A stretch of 64,000 nt of DNA from a virus (Duplodnaviria > Caudoviricetes): the IMG/VR virus record IMGVR_UViG_3300022915_000001, positions 1 through 64,000 of that record; one strand, 5' to 3'. The translations under genes and the position numbers were made by a program. The notes below the pieces were generated by a model. The model saw only the letters and a list, made by a program, of their open reading frames with translations, had not been told where the DNA came from and did not search any database. This document shows, in pieces, positions 1-12,100 of the stretch. Position 1 is the first letter of the stretch; every line of letters starts with the position of its first letter.

Positions 1-1028
1 ATGGCGATCTGGGCGGGTGCACCGGCCGGCTGCTTCTCGCCCTGCACCGGCTGGCTGAGAGCGGCGAGCTTGGCGGCCCTGACCTTCTCGGCGTCCTCGG
101 TCGAACCCGTGGGATTGCGCTCGGCGAGGCACTCTTCCCACGTCACCTCCTCGTTCGACAGGCGGGACCAGACGCCGCGGAGCACGCTGAGCTCGTCGCT
201 CGTGAGGCGATCCAGCGAGTGGCCGAGATAGTGTTCCAGTTCCGTCGAGAGGATCTTCAGGCTCGCGAAGGCATCGATCAGCTTGTTCTTCGCCGCGAGG
301 GGATCTTTGGCATCCTGGTCCTCGGTGACCTGGACCGCCCGCTGGAGCGCGGCCCGAATGATATGCCGCGGCAGGAACTCCTCGGCGGCGGCACGCTTGG
401 CTAAGGCGGTCTGGCGCAACTCTTCCTTGCGAAGCTCGTCCAAGGTCATGCGGCAGATGTAGACTTCTTCACCATCCGTATTCACGCGCGTGCCGAGAAT
501 CTCCCTGCCGGGAGGCGGGTCCACCGTGCCGGTCTGCCGGTTCTGGAAGCCGCGCTTCTCGATCCGCTTCTCGATGGTGAAAGTTCGGACGACGTGGAAA
601 TTGTTTTCATAGTCACTGATCGTCACCGAGCCTATGCGGAAGTCCGGTGTCTCGGTGATGATCATCGGCTCGGCGGTGTTATTCCCAAAGAGCCGGAGCG
701 CCGTCCTCAACAAGTGGATCGAAGGGCCCTTGGCGATCTTCTCCACCCACTTGCCCTGCGCGTTTTTCTCTTTGCCCACGGGTCTGCTGTACTCGCAGAT
801 GGAGGCGAAGTCGGGATTGTCCACCTCCAGCATGAGCTTCGAGCGGAAGAGCCCCTCGTTCCTCGGGCGCTTGAGCGCCATCACGTACCGCGCCTGGACG
901 GTCTGCTGGGCGTAGGCCACCTGGCTTGCTGCGGCCACGTCGATGGCGCTGGTGGTCACCACCTCGCCCATCTCGTTGTAGGCCACCTGGCCGGGGCTAC
1001 GCACCAGAGCTTGATCTTGTTCGGACAT
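1..1028 (-). CDS. Phage protein, partial (runs off window start); putative ssDNA-annealing/recombination protein
   Basis: Hand translation gives an open frame from ATG 1028 to the window edge (MSEQDQALVRSPGQ...QTVQARYVMALKRPRNE...KGPSIHLLRTALRLFGN...). It is absent from the ORF track because no stop falls inside the window. The QARYVMAxxxPR / GPSI / GN pattern recalls a common phage recombination-module family; function is inference. Confidence 0.6.
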   Translation of the reverse strand, partial: MSEQDQALVRSPGQVAYNEMGEVVTTSAIDVAAASQVAYAQQTVQARYVMALKRPRNEGLFRSKLMLEVDNPDFASICEYSRPVGKEKNAQGKWVEKIAKGPSIHLLRTALRLFGNNTAEPMIITETPDFRIGSVTISDYENNFHVVRTFTIEKRIEKRGFQNRQTGTVDPPPGREILGTRVNTDGEEVYICRMTLDELRKEELRQTALAKRAAAEEFLPRHIIRAALQRAVQVTEDQDAKDPLAAKNKLIDAFASLKILSTELEHYLGHSLDRLTSDELSVLRGVWSRLSNEEVTWEECLAERNPTGSTEDAEKVRAAKLAALSQPVQGEKQPAGAPAQIA

Positions 1029-1031
1029 TGA

Positions 1032-1235
1032 TCACCTCGTGTTCCTTCTGCGCTGAATGGTCTGCTGGAGGGCTTCGACGATCCGAGGGTTGACCTCCTT
1101 GGTCACGCCGTGGAAGGTCCGCGACACCGCCGCCGGGGACATGCCGAGCCGCTCTGCTACGCGGCTCAGGAGCCCGGGTTGAGATTTGAGGATGGCGGCA
1201 CGCTCTTGCTCGTTACCAAAGCCGTTGCTTTCCAT
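1032..1235 (-). CDS. Small HTH transcriptional regulator (Cro/XRE-like)
   Basis: LLSRVAERLGMSPAAVSRTFHG is a canonical helix-turn-helix. ATG 1235 lies just downstream of a sigma70-type promoter. Confidence 0.75.
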   Translation of the reverse strand: MESNGFGNEQERAAILKSQPGLLSRVAERLGMSPAAVSRTFHGVTKEVNPRIVEALQQTIQRRRNTR

Positions 1236-1239
1236 GCTT

Positions 1240-1281
1240 TTTGCGCACAACCAATATACGGCTTTGCGCAAAGTGGTGCAA
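1240..1281 (-). promoter_or_regulatory. sigma70-type promoter TTGCAC-N17-TATATT with palindromic operator CTTTGCGCAAAG in the spacer and an imperfect second site downstream
   Basis: -35 at 1276-1281, -10 at 1253-1258, palindrome at 1262-1273, imperfect copy at 1240-1249. Confidence 0.75.
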
Positions 1282-1284
1282 CAG

Positions 1285-1635
1285 CTAAGAAGGGCCGGCG
1301 CCGTTGGGCGAAGCGGTCAGCTTGTCGACGATCGGCTGCAACCAGACGGCGTCCATCACGCGCGTAGGCGCGGCCTCGATTGCCGCCGCCAGCGACTTCC
1401 CCTCGTCGGTTTCGAGGTCCACGGTCTTGGTCCCGTAGTCCTCGCTGGGAAGGCTCCAGCCGTACTGCTGGCCGTTGACGGCGAACTTGCTTTCCAACTG
1501 CTCCTCGTCGGTGAGCCTGAGCTTCTCGATGACGCGCAGACCCACGCTGGCCTCCTTGAGGTTGGGGGCGGCGTGATTGCCTATGATGTTCCACAAAAAC
1601 ACGCGCTGGTAAAACGGCAAGGTCAGGCTTTGCAT
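1285..1635 (-). CDS. Hypothetical protein (end of structural arm; possible fibre chaperone)
   Basis: 116-aa ORF with natural composition, co-directional with the structural operon. Confidence 0.55.
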   Translation of the reverse strand: MQSLTLPFYQRVFLWNIIGNHAAPNLKEASVGLRVIEKLRLTDEEQLESKFAVNGQQYGWSLPSEDYGTKTVDLETDEGKSLAAAIEAAPTRVMDAVWLQPIVDKLTASPNGAGPS

Positions 1636-1642
1636 GAACTCA

Positions 1643-1930
1643 CTACATTAACTTATTAACGACGCCCTCCACCGCAGCCTGGAGAGCCGCGTCAGTGACC
1701 GCCGCGCCGTCCTGCTGGACCGCTGGGTCCATCACAGTGGGCGGCTGAATCTGCCCTGCCACCATCTGCGGGTTCTGCATCGCTTGCGTTGCCCACCGCT
1801 CGCGCGTGTTATGCGCTGGGACTGATGATGCCTCGATCATGATGCTATCGGCGTACTTCAAAACGGCCACTTGGACGCGGCCGCGGAAGTCCTGATTGCT
1901 CATGAGCGCGGCACTTTCTGTGTAAGTCAT
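1643..1930 (-). CDS. Hypothetical virion-associated protein
   Basis: 95-aa ORF directly downstream of the fibre gene. Confidence 0.55.
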   Translation of the reverse strand: MTYTESAALMSNQDFRGRVQVAVLKYADSIMIEASSVPAHNTRERWATQAMQNPQMVAGQIQPPTVMDPAVQQDGAAVTDAALQAAVEGVVNKLM

Positions 1931-1942
1931 CTTAACCTCTTT

Positions 1943-4900
1943 CTATTGACATAAAAAAGCAGCCGATCTTATCACTTGGGTATCGGTTCTTTTGATGTAG
2001 AAATACAAGTAACTGTTCGTATGATTGTAGTAGATCATCATTGTCCCAAGCGGCATATTCGCTGTGTCTGCTCCACCGGGTGCCGAATTCCCCATGACGA
2101 TATTGCCTCCTGACGGGTTCAGGTACAACGTACCTACTCCAGCGGCGTGCCATGCCTGGATGGAGCCACCGTAGAACCCGCCAGCATAGGAGGAGTAGCC
2201 CATTGCCATTCCGTAGCCGGGGTTGGCGGAACCCTCGCAGATGAGCACCTGTTGCTGGGCTTTGGTGAAGTTGGTGGGGTTGGCGGTCGGGACGATCACT
2301 AGCGGGTTGGTGGGGTTGACCCAAGTGGGCTGGGAGACGAGCATTGGGCCAATGTTGCCTATACAGACGTTGCCGCCAAGCGGGTTGATGAACATGGGGC
2401 CGGGGGCGGGGGCGGTTTGCAGGACACTTGACCAGACGGCGTTGATGTAACAGAAGCCCAGGCCCAGACCATAAGCACCATTATTGGATGACTCACCAAT
2501 TCGCACTTGATACCCGGCAGGGGCGAAACTGGTGATCGTGCCTGGGGCAATAATCGAGAGAGTTTGATATGGCGCGCTCATTTGACCGATGCCAACCTGA
2601 CCGCTCGCGTTTATGGTCATGCCGATAGGTCCGCCGCCCGATCTCAATTGGAGTCCGGCTGCGATAGAGCTTATCTCCCAGTGATAGGAGTTGTCCGGGG
2701 GACGGAACATGATGGCACTGCCACCGCGTATCTCCATAGGGCCACCAGAGAGAGTGAGTTTAGAGGTTGGCGTATCTGGGCCGATACCGACTAATTGAGT
2801 CGCCGATATGAGCATGGCCTGAACATTGCCTGTATAGAACTGCAACGGGTGCGCGGTGGCCGTTCCGATGGCGCATGTGGTGTTGCAGTTGAACCGGAAG
2901 TCCACGCCGGGGACAGTCATCCGCGTGAGGTAACCGTTGATATCTAACTTCACGCCGGGAGCGCAGACCATGCCGATGCCGATGCCGCCGTCTTGGTTGA
3001 TCCGCATACGCTCATATGCCGCGCCGCCATAGGTGCCAAAGGCGAGATGGGCCATGCCTGACGCATCGCAGATTGCTTCAACATACGCGCTCAACTGTGG
3101 ATTGGCAATGAACCCGCTATGTGGACCGAGGCGTAACCTCATGCTGGCCCCGTCAGTGGTGCCGATGCTGTTGATAAACGTCGCGGTGGCGGTTGTGGTC
3201 GCGCCGCTCACCATCAAGAAATGCTCGTTGACTGAGGACGCATTGATCGAGATGATGCGCGGATTGAGCAGGTTTTTTTGATTGCCGTCGATGTTCTGTA
3301 GCCACGGGGTCTGGGAGCCGCCGGTACTAAGTGGCACACCGTTGACAAGGTATTGGCCGGTGACGTTGCAGTTACCCACGATGTCGAGCGCATGGCCGGG
3401 GGCAGTTGTGCCGATGCCTACGCCAGCAACGACACCGGAGCCGCCAAATGGCATCAGGTTAATAGTCGTGGCAGTAAGTGTGATGGGAGCAAAGGCACTC
3501 TGGGCAGAGGTGACACCTTCGAGGATTGGGCCGAGGAGGCCGGGAGGGAAGCCAAATGAGGCCGGGTCGCCCCGGATGATGAGCACACGGTCAGTGGCCG
3601 CTTCGACAGTGAAGCGTCCAGAGCTAACGTTGGTGGTGCCAATGCCTACGTTTCCAGACTCTGCGATGGTGAACGGGGCGGTCCAGGTCGTGTCCGATAT
3701 CTTGCGATGCACCACCTGGAATGGACCCACTGCGGTGAAAGAGCCTAGCCACCATTCGAACCCGGCTTCGGCGGTCATACTCACACCGGCAGTACGGTCG
3801 AGGCGGAAGCCCGCCGCGTTAACGTCCTGCGCCCACGGTGTCTGCGGTTGCCCGAGAGCCAGCGGCACACCGTTAACCCGATATACACCTGTCACGTCTG
3901 CGTCACCGGACACTTCCAGCTTGTAGGTGGCTGGTGTTTTGCCGATGCCGACAAGACCCGCCGCCGTGATCCGCATCTTCTCGGTAAGAGGAGAATTGGT
4001 CTGGATCGCCACATAGGTGAGGCCATCGAGGATAAGTGGTTCCCCCTGGCAGCGGAGGGTCTTGGCAGTGCTAGAAGCCAACCGGCATTCGGTCGGCATT
4101 CCCGTCAGGAATCCTATATTAGCGCCCGAGCTAGCAACAACGACTTGGGTTGCGTTGTTCAGCGAGAAGCCCGCGGCGTTGATGTCACTCAGCCAGGGCG
4201 TCTGGGCCGCGCCCACCGGGACTCCCCACGTCGCGTCCTCGCGGAGGAACTTAGTGGAACCCGCCGTCGCTCCTGGCGTGGGCACAGTGCCGCCGCGCCC
4301 CGTCGCGCCGCTGGCGATCATGGGCAGCGCGTTGAGGGTTACATCCGCAGTCAGTGCGCCGCCGCCAGACATGCCGGTCCCGGCGATCACTTGCCTCGAA
4401 GTAGGCACGCCCGCCGCTGGAGCTCCCGTGATCTTGGCATAGGCCAACGAGGAGATCCACGATGGATCGGCGTAAGCGACGATGCTCGAAACCGCATTCG
4501 TAACTTGCCCTGCGGTGTAATCCCCCGCCGCCGCGACGACTGCGCCAGAGCGGCCGAACACGCTTGAGACGCCTACGGCCAGCGGGACACCGTTAACCCT
4601 GTAGGTTCCGGTCACGTCCGCGTCTCCAGCCACCTCCAGCCTGTACGCGCTCGGAATTTTGCCGATGCCTACGCGGCCCGCGATGTCGAGCCGCATCGCC
4701 TCGGCGCTGTTCTGGATGAAGGCCAGTGGACCGAACGTCTCGATGACGGCTATATTCGCCGGTAAGCGGGCCGAACCATAAACCCGGATATTCAGGCCGG
4801 TGCCGAGATCGTTCTGGAAGGAGCAGCCGGGGGCGCCGCTCGGGCTGGCGTTCAACTGCCGGAACCCGTCTTGGAAGCCCGTGCCGTCCACGAAGATGCC

Positions 4901-5590
4901 GATGGTGCTCTGCGCACCCACCGCAGGACCGATGCCGATCCCGCCAACCTTGTTGAGCTTGAAACCCGAGGCGTCGATGTCCTGGAGCCACGGCGTCTGT
5001 CCCGCACCGGCCACGGCGCCAGGGATCGTCACGTCGATCCGGTCGAAGGCGGCGTTGTCGGTGGCAGTCACTCCAGCGCCGACAAAGTTCAGGAAGTTTC
5101 GCGGAGTCCTGGCCGTGCCCTCGTCCTGGACGTTGACGGCTCCGGCTGGGCCTGAGGGCCCCTGGACACCTGGGTCGCCTTTGTCACCTTTCGGGCCTTG
5201 GGCTCCGGTGGCTCCGGTGCTACCAACCGGACCTTGGCTACCGGGAACGCCGGGGTCGCCTTGGGGGCCGGTGGCTCCGGTCGGACCTGTGGCTCCGGTG
5301 CTTCCGGTGCTCCCGGTATCGCCTTTGGGACCTGTGGGACCTGTGGGACCGGGGACCGTGCTGGCAGGGCCAGTGGGCCCGGGTATTCCTTGACTACCTG
5401 GGGGACCGGGGACACCTTGACTACCTGGGGGACCGGCAGGACCGATCGGGCCGGGAATCCCTTGAGGACCGGGGGGGCCTGGAATCGGCGTCCCCGCGGC
5501 GAGCACGGCGGTCATCGCTGGCGGTATGCCGAGCGTCACGCGCAACTGCGGATGATCGAGAGTCGCGATCAGTTCGACGACTTTGGTCAC
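1943..5590 (-). CDS. Collagen-like fibre protein (tail or head fibre)
   Basis: N-terminal run of Gly-X-Y triplets ([22 protein letters not shown]...). Four QTPW-x-x-[DN]-[IV]-[DN] modules and repeated VGIG...YxVNGVPL fibre-shaft motifs follow. Confidence 0.85.
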   Translation of the reverse strand: MTKVVELIATLDHPQLRVTLGIPPAMTAVLAAGTPIPGPPGPQGIPGPIGPAGPPGSQGVPGPPGSQGIPGPTGPASTVPGPTGPTGPKGDTGSTGSTGATGPTGATGPQGDPGVPGSQGPVGSTGATGAQGPKGDKGDPGVQGPSGPAGAVNVQDEGTARTPRNFLNFVGAGVTATDNAAFDRIDVTIPGAVAGAGQTPWLQDIDASGFKLNKVGGIGIGPAVGAQSTIGIFVDGTGFQDGFRQLNASPSGAPGCSFQNDLGTGLNIRVYGSARLPANIAVIETFGPLAFIQNSAEAMRLDIAGRVGIGKIPSAYRLEVAGDADVTGTYRVNGVPLAVGVSSVFGRSGAVVAAAGDYTAGQVTNAVSSIVAYADPSWISSLAYAKITGAPAAGVPTSRQVIAGTGMSGGGALTADVTLNALPMIASGATGRGGTVPTPGATAGSTKFLREDATWGVPVGAAQTPWLSDINAAGFSLNNATQVVVASSGANIGFLTGMPTECRLASSTAKTLRCQGEPLILDGLTYVAIQTNSPLTEKMRITAAGLVGIGKTPATYKLEVSGDADVTGVYRVNGVPLALGQPQTPWAQDVNAAGFRLDRTAGVSMTAEAGFEWWLGSFTAVGPFQVVHRKISDTTWTAPFTIAESGNVGIGTTNVSSGRFTVEAATDRVLIIRGDPASFGFPPGLLGPILEGVTSAQSAFAPITLTATTINLMPFGGSGVVAGVGIGTTAPGHALDIVGNCNVTGQYLVNGVPLSTGGSQTPWLQNIDGNQKNLLNPRIISINASSVNEHFLMVSGATTTATATFINSIGTTDGASMRLRLGPHSGFIANPQLSAYVEAICDASGMAHLAFGTYGGAAYERMRINQDGGIGIGMVCAPGVKLDINGYLTRMTVPGVDFRFNCNTTCAIGTATAHPLQFYTGNVQAMLISATQLVGIGPDTPTSKLTLSGGPMEIRGGSAIMFRPPDNSYHWEISSIAAGLQLRSGGGPIGMTINASGQVGIGQMSAPYQTLSIIAPGTITSFAPAGYQVRIGESSNNGAYGLGLGFCYINAVWSSVLQTAPAPGPMFINPLGGNVCIGNIGPMLVSQPTWVNPTNPLVIVPTANPTNFTKAQQQVLICEGSANPGYGMAMGYSSYAGGFYGGSIQAWHAAGVGTLYLNPSGGNIVMGNSAPGGADTANMPLGTMMIYYNHTNSYLYFYIKRTDTQVIRSAAFLCQ

Positions 5591-5937
5591 ACCATCACCA
5601 CCTCGGCCCCGGCTTCGCGCGTGATCTCCTCGGTGGCGAGGAGCCGGCCTCGGGCGAGTGTCGTCACCGCCCCGGCGGGACTCTTGATCTGCACGTCCCA
5701 GTAGTAAGGACCGGCGAGCTTGACGGTCTGGGCATTGGTCAACGAGAGCGCGATGACGTTCGCCTGGATGGTGGCGGTGAACTCGGCCACCACCACTCCA
5801 AAGTCAGCCGAGGTCTTGCGCACCTGGGCCTTGGCCACGAACCCAGCGAGGCTCGCGGCCGTGCCGTCAGCGTTCTTCACCGTGACGGTGACCGAGATAT
5901 CGTCGCCCTGGTAGACTTCCAGATCCTCTACGAGCAT
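5587..5937 (-). CDS. Fibre-anchoring protein, BppU-N/LtfC-like Ig fold
   Basis: The pattern LEVYQGDD...AKAQVRK...YYWDVQI...TLARG is typical of small proteins preceding phage fibres. Confidence 0.65.
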   Translation of the reverse strand: MLVEDLEVYQGDDISVTVTVKNADGTAASLAGFVAKAQVRKTSADFGVVVAEFTATIQANVIALSLTNAQTVKLAGPYYWDVQIKSPAGAVTTLARGRLLATEEITREAGAEVVMV

Positions 5938-5947
5938 GGTTTATATC

Positions 5948-6178
5948 CTACCTGCAAAGCGCGTGCAGACCGGCGGCCACGCCGCCCGTCTTGACGATGC
6001 GCGGCACGAACTCGAGCGGCACGCCCGTGACCAGCGTGATCGTGGAGGTGACACCCAGCCGATCCACCACGTTGAGCGTCCCGCCCGTATCGGCCAGGAT
6101 GGCCTCGCACGGGACGTTGATCGGGTTGGTGTCGTGCGGCGTGATCGTGCTGCTTCTCTTGTATGGACCTTGCACCAT
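5948..6178 (-). CDS. Head spike base protein-like (RcGTA Rcc01079 family)
   Basis: ITPHDT...AILADTGGTLNV...GVPLEFVPRIVKTG...LHAL matches the recalled ITPSD/GG.L.V/RV..TG pattern of that family. Confidence 0.6.
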   Translation of the reverse strand: MVQGPYKRSSTITPHDTNPINVPCEAILADTGGTLNVVDRLGVTSTITLVTGVPLEFVPRIVKTGGVAAGLHALCR

Positions 6179-9100
6179 TTACGGTTTCCTCGCTTTCTTG
6201 TACGGCAGTTTGGCGGTCGTGGCCGCAGCCATGATCTCAGATTCCTTCGCTTTGAAGTGCTCGCGCCAGTATGTCTCGGCCTTCTCGAGTTGTTCCTTCT
6301 CCTGGGCGGTGAGCGAGTTCTTGAAGTCCCGCTTCAGGGTAGCGTTGGTCAGCGCCCCCAGCGGATGGAGCCGCTCGATGGACTTCTTCAGGTTCTGCTT
6401 GGTTCCACCGGCTTCCTTGTAGGCTTCGAGCGCCGTCGCCATCGCGGCCTTGTCTTCGTAGCGCACCGCCATGCGGAAATCATAGAGCGCCTCGGCAGAC
6501 TTCTTCACGGAGTAGCCGCCGCCGCCCACGTCCTTGCCGTTCTCGGCGCCCCACTTCGCGACTTTGTCATACCGGAAGCTGTTGTAGTGGACTTCGCCGG
6601 GATCGTACCGATAGATCACGAAGTCCATCAGCTTGTCGAGCGAGAGGAACTTCTCCTGCGGCTTGGCGATGGCCTTCTTATAGAGACCAACCATGCCGAG
6701 CTCGCGGGCGAGGTACTCGCCGCGGTCCCGAATCTCGCGCTGCTTGAACACGTCGGGGAACGCCGTGCGCCCGAACACGTACTCGCCGGTCGTCTTCACA
6801 TACGGCGTGAAGCCCTGCGCGATTTTGTTGACCGCCGACTTCAGCGGGATCGGCTTGCCCCACATGCGGAAGGTCGTCTGCTCCACGAGGTCTTTGAAAT
6901 CCATGCGCCCGTTGAGGTACTCGCGGGCGTAGAAGGGCGCGGCTTCGAGGCCGCCCCACTCGAGAAGGTCGTCCATCGTGCCGAGCCGGTTGAACACGCG
7001 CACCTTGCCGTTGGAATCGCGGCCCAGGATGATATGGGTCGACTTGCGGACGCTCTCGGGAAGATCCTCTTCCTCGTCGTCCATCATGTAGTTGTTCCAC
7101 AACTCGGTCAGCGTCTTGAGCGCCAGAAGCCGCATCGAAGTGGAGGCGAGCTTCATCGCCGTATACGCGCCGATCCGCGCCGCCGCCCCGGCAGTCCCGG
7201 CCAGGGCGTATCCGAGCGCCGCGCCCTGCCGCCCGTCGTGCCAAGCGTTTGCGACGATGCGCTTGTAGGCCCGCGCGTTCTGCTCCTGGAAGCTCCAGAA
7301 GGGGATCAGGTAGCGGCGCATGAACTGACCGCCGGCGCTCACCTCGTCGTAGGCGAGCATCATGTCGTTGGACAGTTTGTAAGCACGGTCGTTGCGGTTG
7401 CGGAGCGCCATCACCTCTTCGCGGCGCGAGGCTCCAAAGTTCTTGGGCCGGCCCCCGTTGGTCGAGATCTGGTTCCGGTACTCGATGAACGTGGCGTAGC
7501 GCAGAATCCCTTCGCGGATATCGGTCCCGGCGCGAGAGACGTTCCAGGTCGCACGCCACAGATTGATGGCCCCGTTGACGCCCTTCTTGCCCAGGTTGGT
7601 ATCGGGATCGAGCAGGAGGTGCTCCAGCTTGCGGAGCTTGTTGACCTCGCCGATCTCGGCCACCTGGAGGTTGGAGTCCATGCCGCCGCGCTCCCACCAT
7701 TCCTTGAACTCGGGACTCGGCATCTTGCCGGTCCTCTTGAACTCGATGATCTCCTTGAGCGCCGTGCCGACATGGGTGACGGCGTGCGGGTTGACCGCCA
7801 GCACGCGCTCCAGATCGCCTGAGAGGTTCCGCAGGTTGTACTTGATCACCGAGCCGGGATGGATGAGCTTGCCCATCTTCCACCACTCGAGCGGCTTCCT
7901 CCCGATCTTGCTGGCCCACTCCTGGGCGGTCCCTGACGGTCCCTGCATGAACTCCCTGAGCGTGGCGGTGACTTCCTTGGGCAGGACCATCTGTCCTTGC
8001 CGCGAACCCTTCGCCATGATCTTGCGGACCTGATCGTGGGTGACCTGGCCCATGCCCTGCGCGGCGATGGCCTCGGCCAGTTTGTCGGGGATCGAAGCGG
8101 CCACGTAGAAGTGCTCGCGCTTGTCCGCGGTGTAGATCTCGTGCGTCTCCGACTTGAAGGTACTGAGCGCCTTCTCGAGGCTCCCCACGTACTCGGCCCC
8201 GGCGAGCCGCTTGGTGACCCGCTTGCGCCAGCCGGGATCTTTCGGCTTCATCCGCATCACGCGCTGGTACATCGACTCGGCGGTCTGCACCGACACGCCG
8301 CGGCCCCGGTTCTTGTTGTTGTAGTACCGCGCCATCCTGGCGAAGATCGGCATGATGGCGGCCTTGTTGTGCGCCGCCGCCTGCTTCATCAGATCCTTGG
8401 CAATGTTGTGGCCCGACTCGTCCTTGAGCCAGCCGATGAAGTTGGCTCGGGCGGTGTCATACATCATCTCCGAGAGCACCTGGAACTCGGCGCGGATGTA
8501 GTCGAGCGAATAGTCGTGCTGGTTGACCTCGGACTTCTTCAGCCAACTCCTCGCCGTGGGCAGCGTGAAGCGCGAGCCGCCGCCCTGCGCCACGGTCTTG
8601 CCGGCCGCTTCCTTGAGTTCCAGGTGCTTCCAGACGCGGTGTCGGAAGTAGTCCTTGCGCGAGATGGCCTTGGAAACGTCGACGCCCGCCTTCTTCATGG
8701 CCGCGACATAGTCCTTGCGGATCTGCGGCCACATTTGCTGGCGCATGTTGAGCGCCGCGGTGACCTTGGGGTTGGCTTGCGCCCGGGCCCGCGCCTCGGC
8801 CCTGAGCGCGGCCAGTTCGTGGGTGTCTGAGATGCCCCACCACAGATCCTTGTCGAGGACCGGATTGCCCTCGGCCACCTGTTTCTTCACGCGCTCCCAC
8901 ATGTCGTTGTAGGTGACGACTTCGATGAACTCGGTGTACTCTTCCTTCGACAGTTTCTCCAGTTGGTCGATGATGGCCTGGGCCGCTTTGTGGACGGAGG
9001 TCCCCTGCGCCTTCGATACGAAGTTGAGGCGCTGGCGCAACTCGGCGAATCGGGCGCCGCTGGCGAGGTGGACGAACTGCCGCCCGAACATGTCGCGGAG

Positions 9101-12100
9101 CTTCAGGAGACCGCCCTTGAACTTCTCCCAGCCGCTCTTGTCGCCTTCCGAGCGCCGCGCCCTCTGCCGGTCGCGGATCTCAAGGAACCGTGTCGAGGGC
9201 TGGCTCGGCGTGCCGCCCAGCGTGGTCGAGCCGGGGACCGGCTGCTGCGTGGTGGTCAGCGCCTGCGGAGCCGCCGATTCCCGCAGGTTGACCGTGCCGG
9301 TCGAGGCGGCGTGCCGGGACGTGGCCTGGGCTTGGCGGTAGACCTGGCGTGCCACGCTCCTTGAGCCGCGCCCGAATCGGTCGACGATCTCGTTGGTGAA
9401 GTTCTTCCCGTCAATGTTCCCCTGCGCCACGTCGATGGCGATCTTCAGCGCCATGTTGCGGATGACTCTCGGATCGGTGAACTGACCGGAGTAGCTCGGG
9501 GAGATGCCCATGCTGCGGAGCCGCGCCTCGGCCTTCGCAGCGGCGTCGAACAAGGTCATCTGCACGGGCTTCGAGAGCGGCTTGGACGGCGTCGATGGCT
9601 TGGCCGGCGCCGTGGTGGTGGTCGTGGGCGGGAACAGTCCCATCTGCGTGGGCCGGGGCGTGGGCGTCCAGACCGGCGCATGGGTAGGATGGCTCGGCGG
9701 GGACGGGGCCGGTGGCGGCTTCGCCGGGGGAGTCGGAGTAGCGGTCGTCGTGGTGGCCGTCCCTTGATTGATATTGCGGAACGTGTTCTTCATGTCCCCC
9801 GGCTGGACATACTGGAACAGGAGAATGTGCGATTCGCCGTGCTTGGCGATGATCGACTCGCGGTAAGTTCTGGCGATCTCGATGCGGTCGGCCTGAGTCA
9901 GAGTCGGGATATTGTCGCCCGCCAGTACCTTCGCGGTGACCTCGGTGAAGATCGTATGTACATCACGGCCCGCATATCCCCCCGCGGTGGTGAGCAGCCA
10001 GTCCCCGGCCTTTTTGAAGACCGGCAGCTTCATGAGACGTTCTTCTTCAGCCGCATCCAGCGGAGCTTTGCGCTGATCGGCGTGGATCAACTCTTCACGG
10101 GCCGTCGATCTTTTCATCGGGAGCCGCTGCCCCGGTATGTTAGGGCCCTTCTGGGCCAGGGTAAATTGCAGCGATTCGGTCGCGTCTTTGGTCTGGTTGA
10201 TCCACTCAACCAGGTCATTCCTAAACTGTCTGAGGTTCGCCTCGGCGCGTGGGCCTACCCGCGCCATCTCCACAGGATTGTGGAGGAAGTCCTTCAAGAT
10301 CTTCTCTGCGACGTTAGTCCACCCCGCCCGGGCCCCGGAGAGGCCGTTGACGCTCTGGAGCTTGGCTACGTGGGAGATCAGGTCGAGACCGGCCCGATTG
10401 AGATAGATCGTGCCGCTGCCTACGTGATAGGCCATGCGCTTAGGCTTGCCGGGGGGAGTGGTCTTCTCCCATCGGAAGATCGCCTTCTCGAAGGCTTGCT
10501 TCTTGGGAGTCTGGGGCGGGTTGGTGTAGTACGTCCCCATCTTCAGATCGCCAGCGGCGCTCTCGGAGAGCTTGGCGTCTGAGTCTGAGGTTGGGGCGGT
10601 TACCTCTCGGTCGCTTCCGGTATGCTCGGATGCCTGAACGGGGGCGGTAGTTCCACTTCGACCTCTATGTCCAGCGGCTTGTCGTGATCGAACGGCTCTC
10701 CCCCTGCGAACACCAGTTCCAGGTACTCCGCTCTCGTCAAGGGATACCCCATCTTCTTCAGATACTTCAGAAGCGGATAACTGTCTTTCAGCTTCTCGAA
10801 ATCTCTCATACTCATCGGACCACTCGGGCGGTATGATGGCTTTTCCGTTGGCTGTGCTTTTTCTGAGGTCATAGATTTCTTCCCGCGCCTGGTCTACTGT
10901 TATTGTACCTGACGCATACTTTTCCCAGATAGCATCGACCCGTCTTTTGTTGTCGACATTCTTCCATGTCTCAGGGAACAGGCCGCGCACGGCTTCCCAG
11001 GTGACCGACTGCATCTCGCGTCCTAGAAGTCCGCGCCGCTGGCCGGCCCGCCTCGTGGCAATCGCATGGATGCCATAGGTCCAAGCCTCGCCGGTCACCG
11101 TGGACGGGGAGCTTAGATTGTCCTTGACGGCTTGATCGGACAGGGCCAGCGGCCGCAAGGTCCCGGCGGCTACGGCATGGGTATCGACGGTGACATGGAG
11201 GTTCGGGTTGTTCGGGTCGACAAGGTTGTTATAGAAGGACCGGACCTTGTGCTGCTTGCCCAGTTGATCGCTGATGTTTTCAAGAGTCGGATTCTCTAGG
11301 ACAGAGATGGCCTTGGCGATCATGTCCAGGGACTGCCAGACTACCTTCGCATCCGTGCCATCGAGCTTTTTGCCTTTGCCGCGGGGTTCGCCCTCGGGCG
11401 TGAGTACATCAAAGGACCGTTCGTTGTTCCCCTCGTCCCACATGCGCAGCCAGAAGGCTTTGAGGGTAGGATCGGTCAGATCGGTCCAGCGTTTCCCCTT
11501 GATCTGATCGTAGCCGTCCTTGAGTTTCGTCGACGGCGTATAGGGCTTGCCCGCCGCCTTGGCGTCCCGCTTCTTCGTGATCTCAGTCCGGTTGTTGGAG
11601 TCGACCATCCTCTGATAGCCGCCCTCCATCTTGTCGTCCCAGACCGAGGACTCGCGCTGCTTCCAGAACATGAGCGTGCGCCGCGCCAGGTCCACGTTCT
11701 GGAACCAGTCCTTCATCGGCGAGAGGGTTGCCATCACTGCGGCAACCTGATGAGCCTCGGAGTCGAACTGCTCGGCGAACCGCTCGGCGATCTTGCGGCC
11801 CCCGTCGTACCAGAGTTTGGACCGCTGGAGGAGATCGCCCCATTCTCGCTTGTAGCGGTCATAGAGCCAGACCAGATTGTCCTCAACGAACTTGGTGAAG
11901 TCGCGGACGATCTTCTTGGGATCGGTCTCCGTGCTGCCCTTGAGGTGCGGGTACTTGAGGATCAGCGGCGCGGCCACCTCGGCGGGCTCGTCGTACTTCT
12001 TGAACCCGTCGCCGGTCAGCGTCAGGTTCTCGGTGGAATCCTCGGTCGCGCTATCCGCGGTGGTGAGGCGCGTCGACATTTCCTCCGGTATGAACCGGAC

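Noticed and set aside
5936-7822. 628-aa plus-strand ORF (also 17273-19198, 26491-29547 and 50387-51793)
   Set aside because: Antisense shadows of real genes in GC3-rich DNA, with R/V/G/L-biased translations and no motifs.
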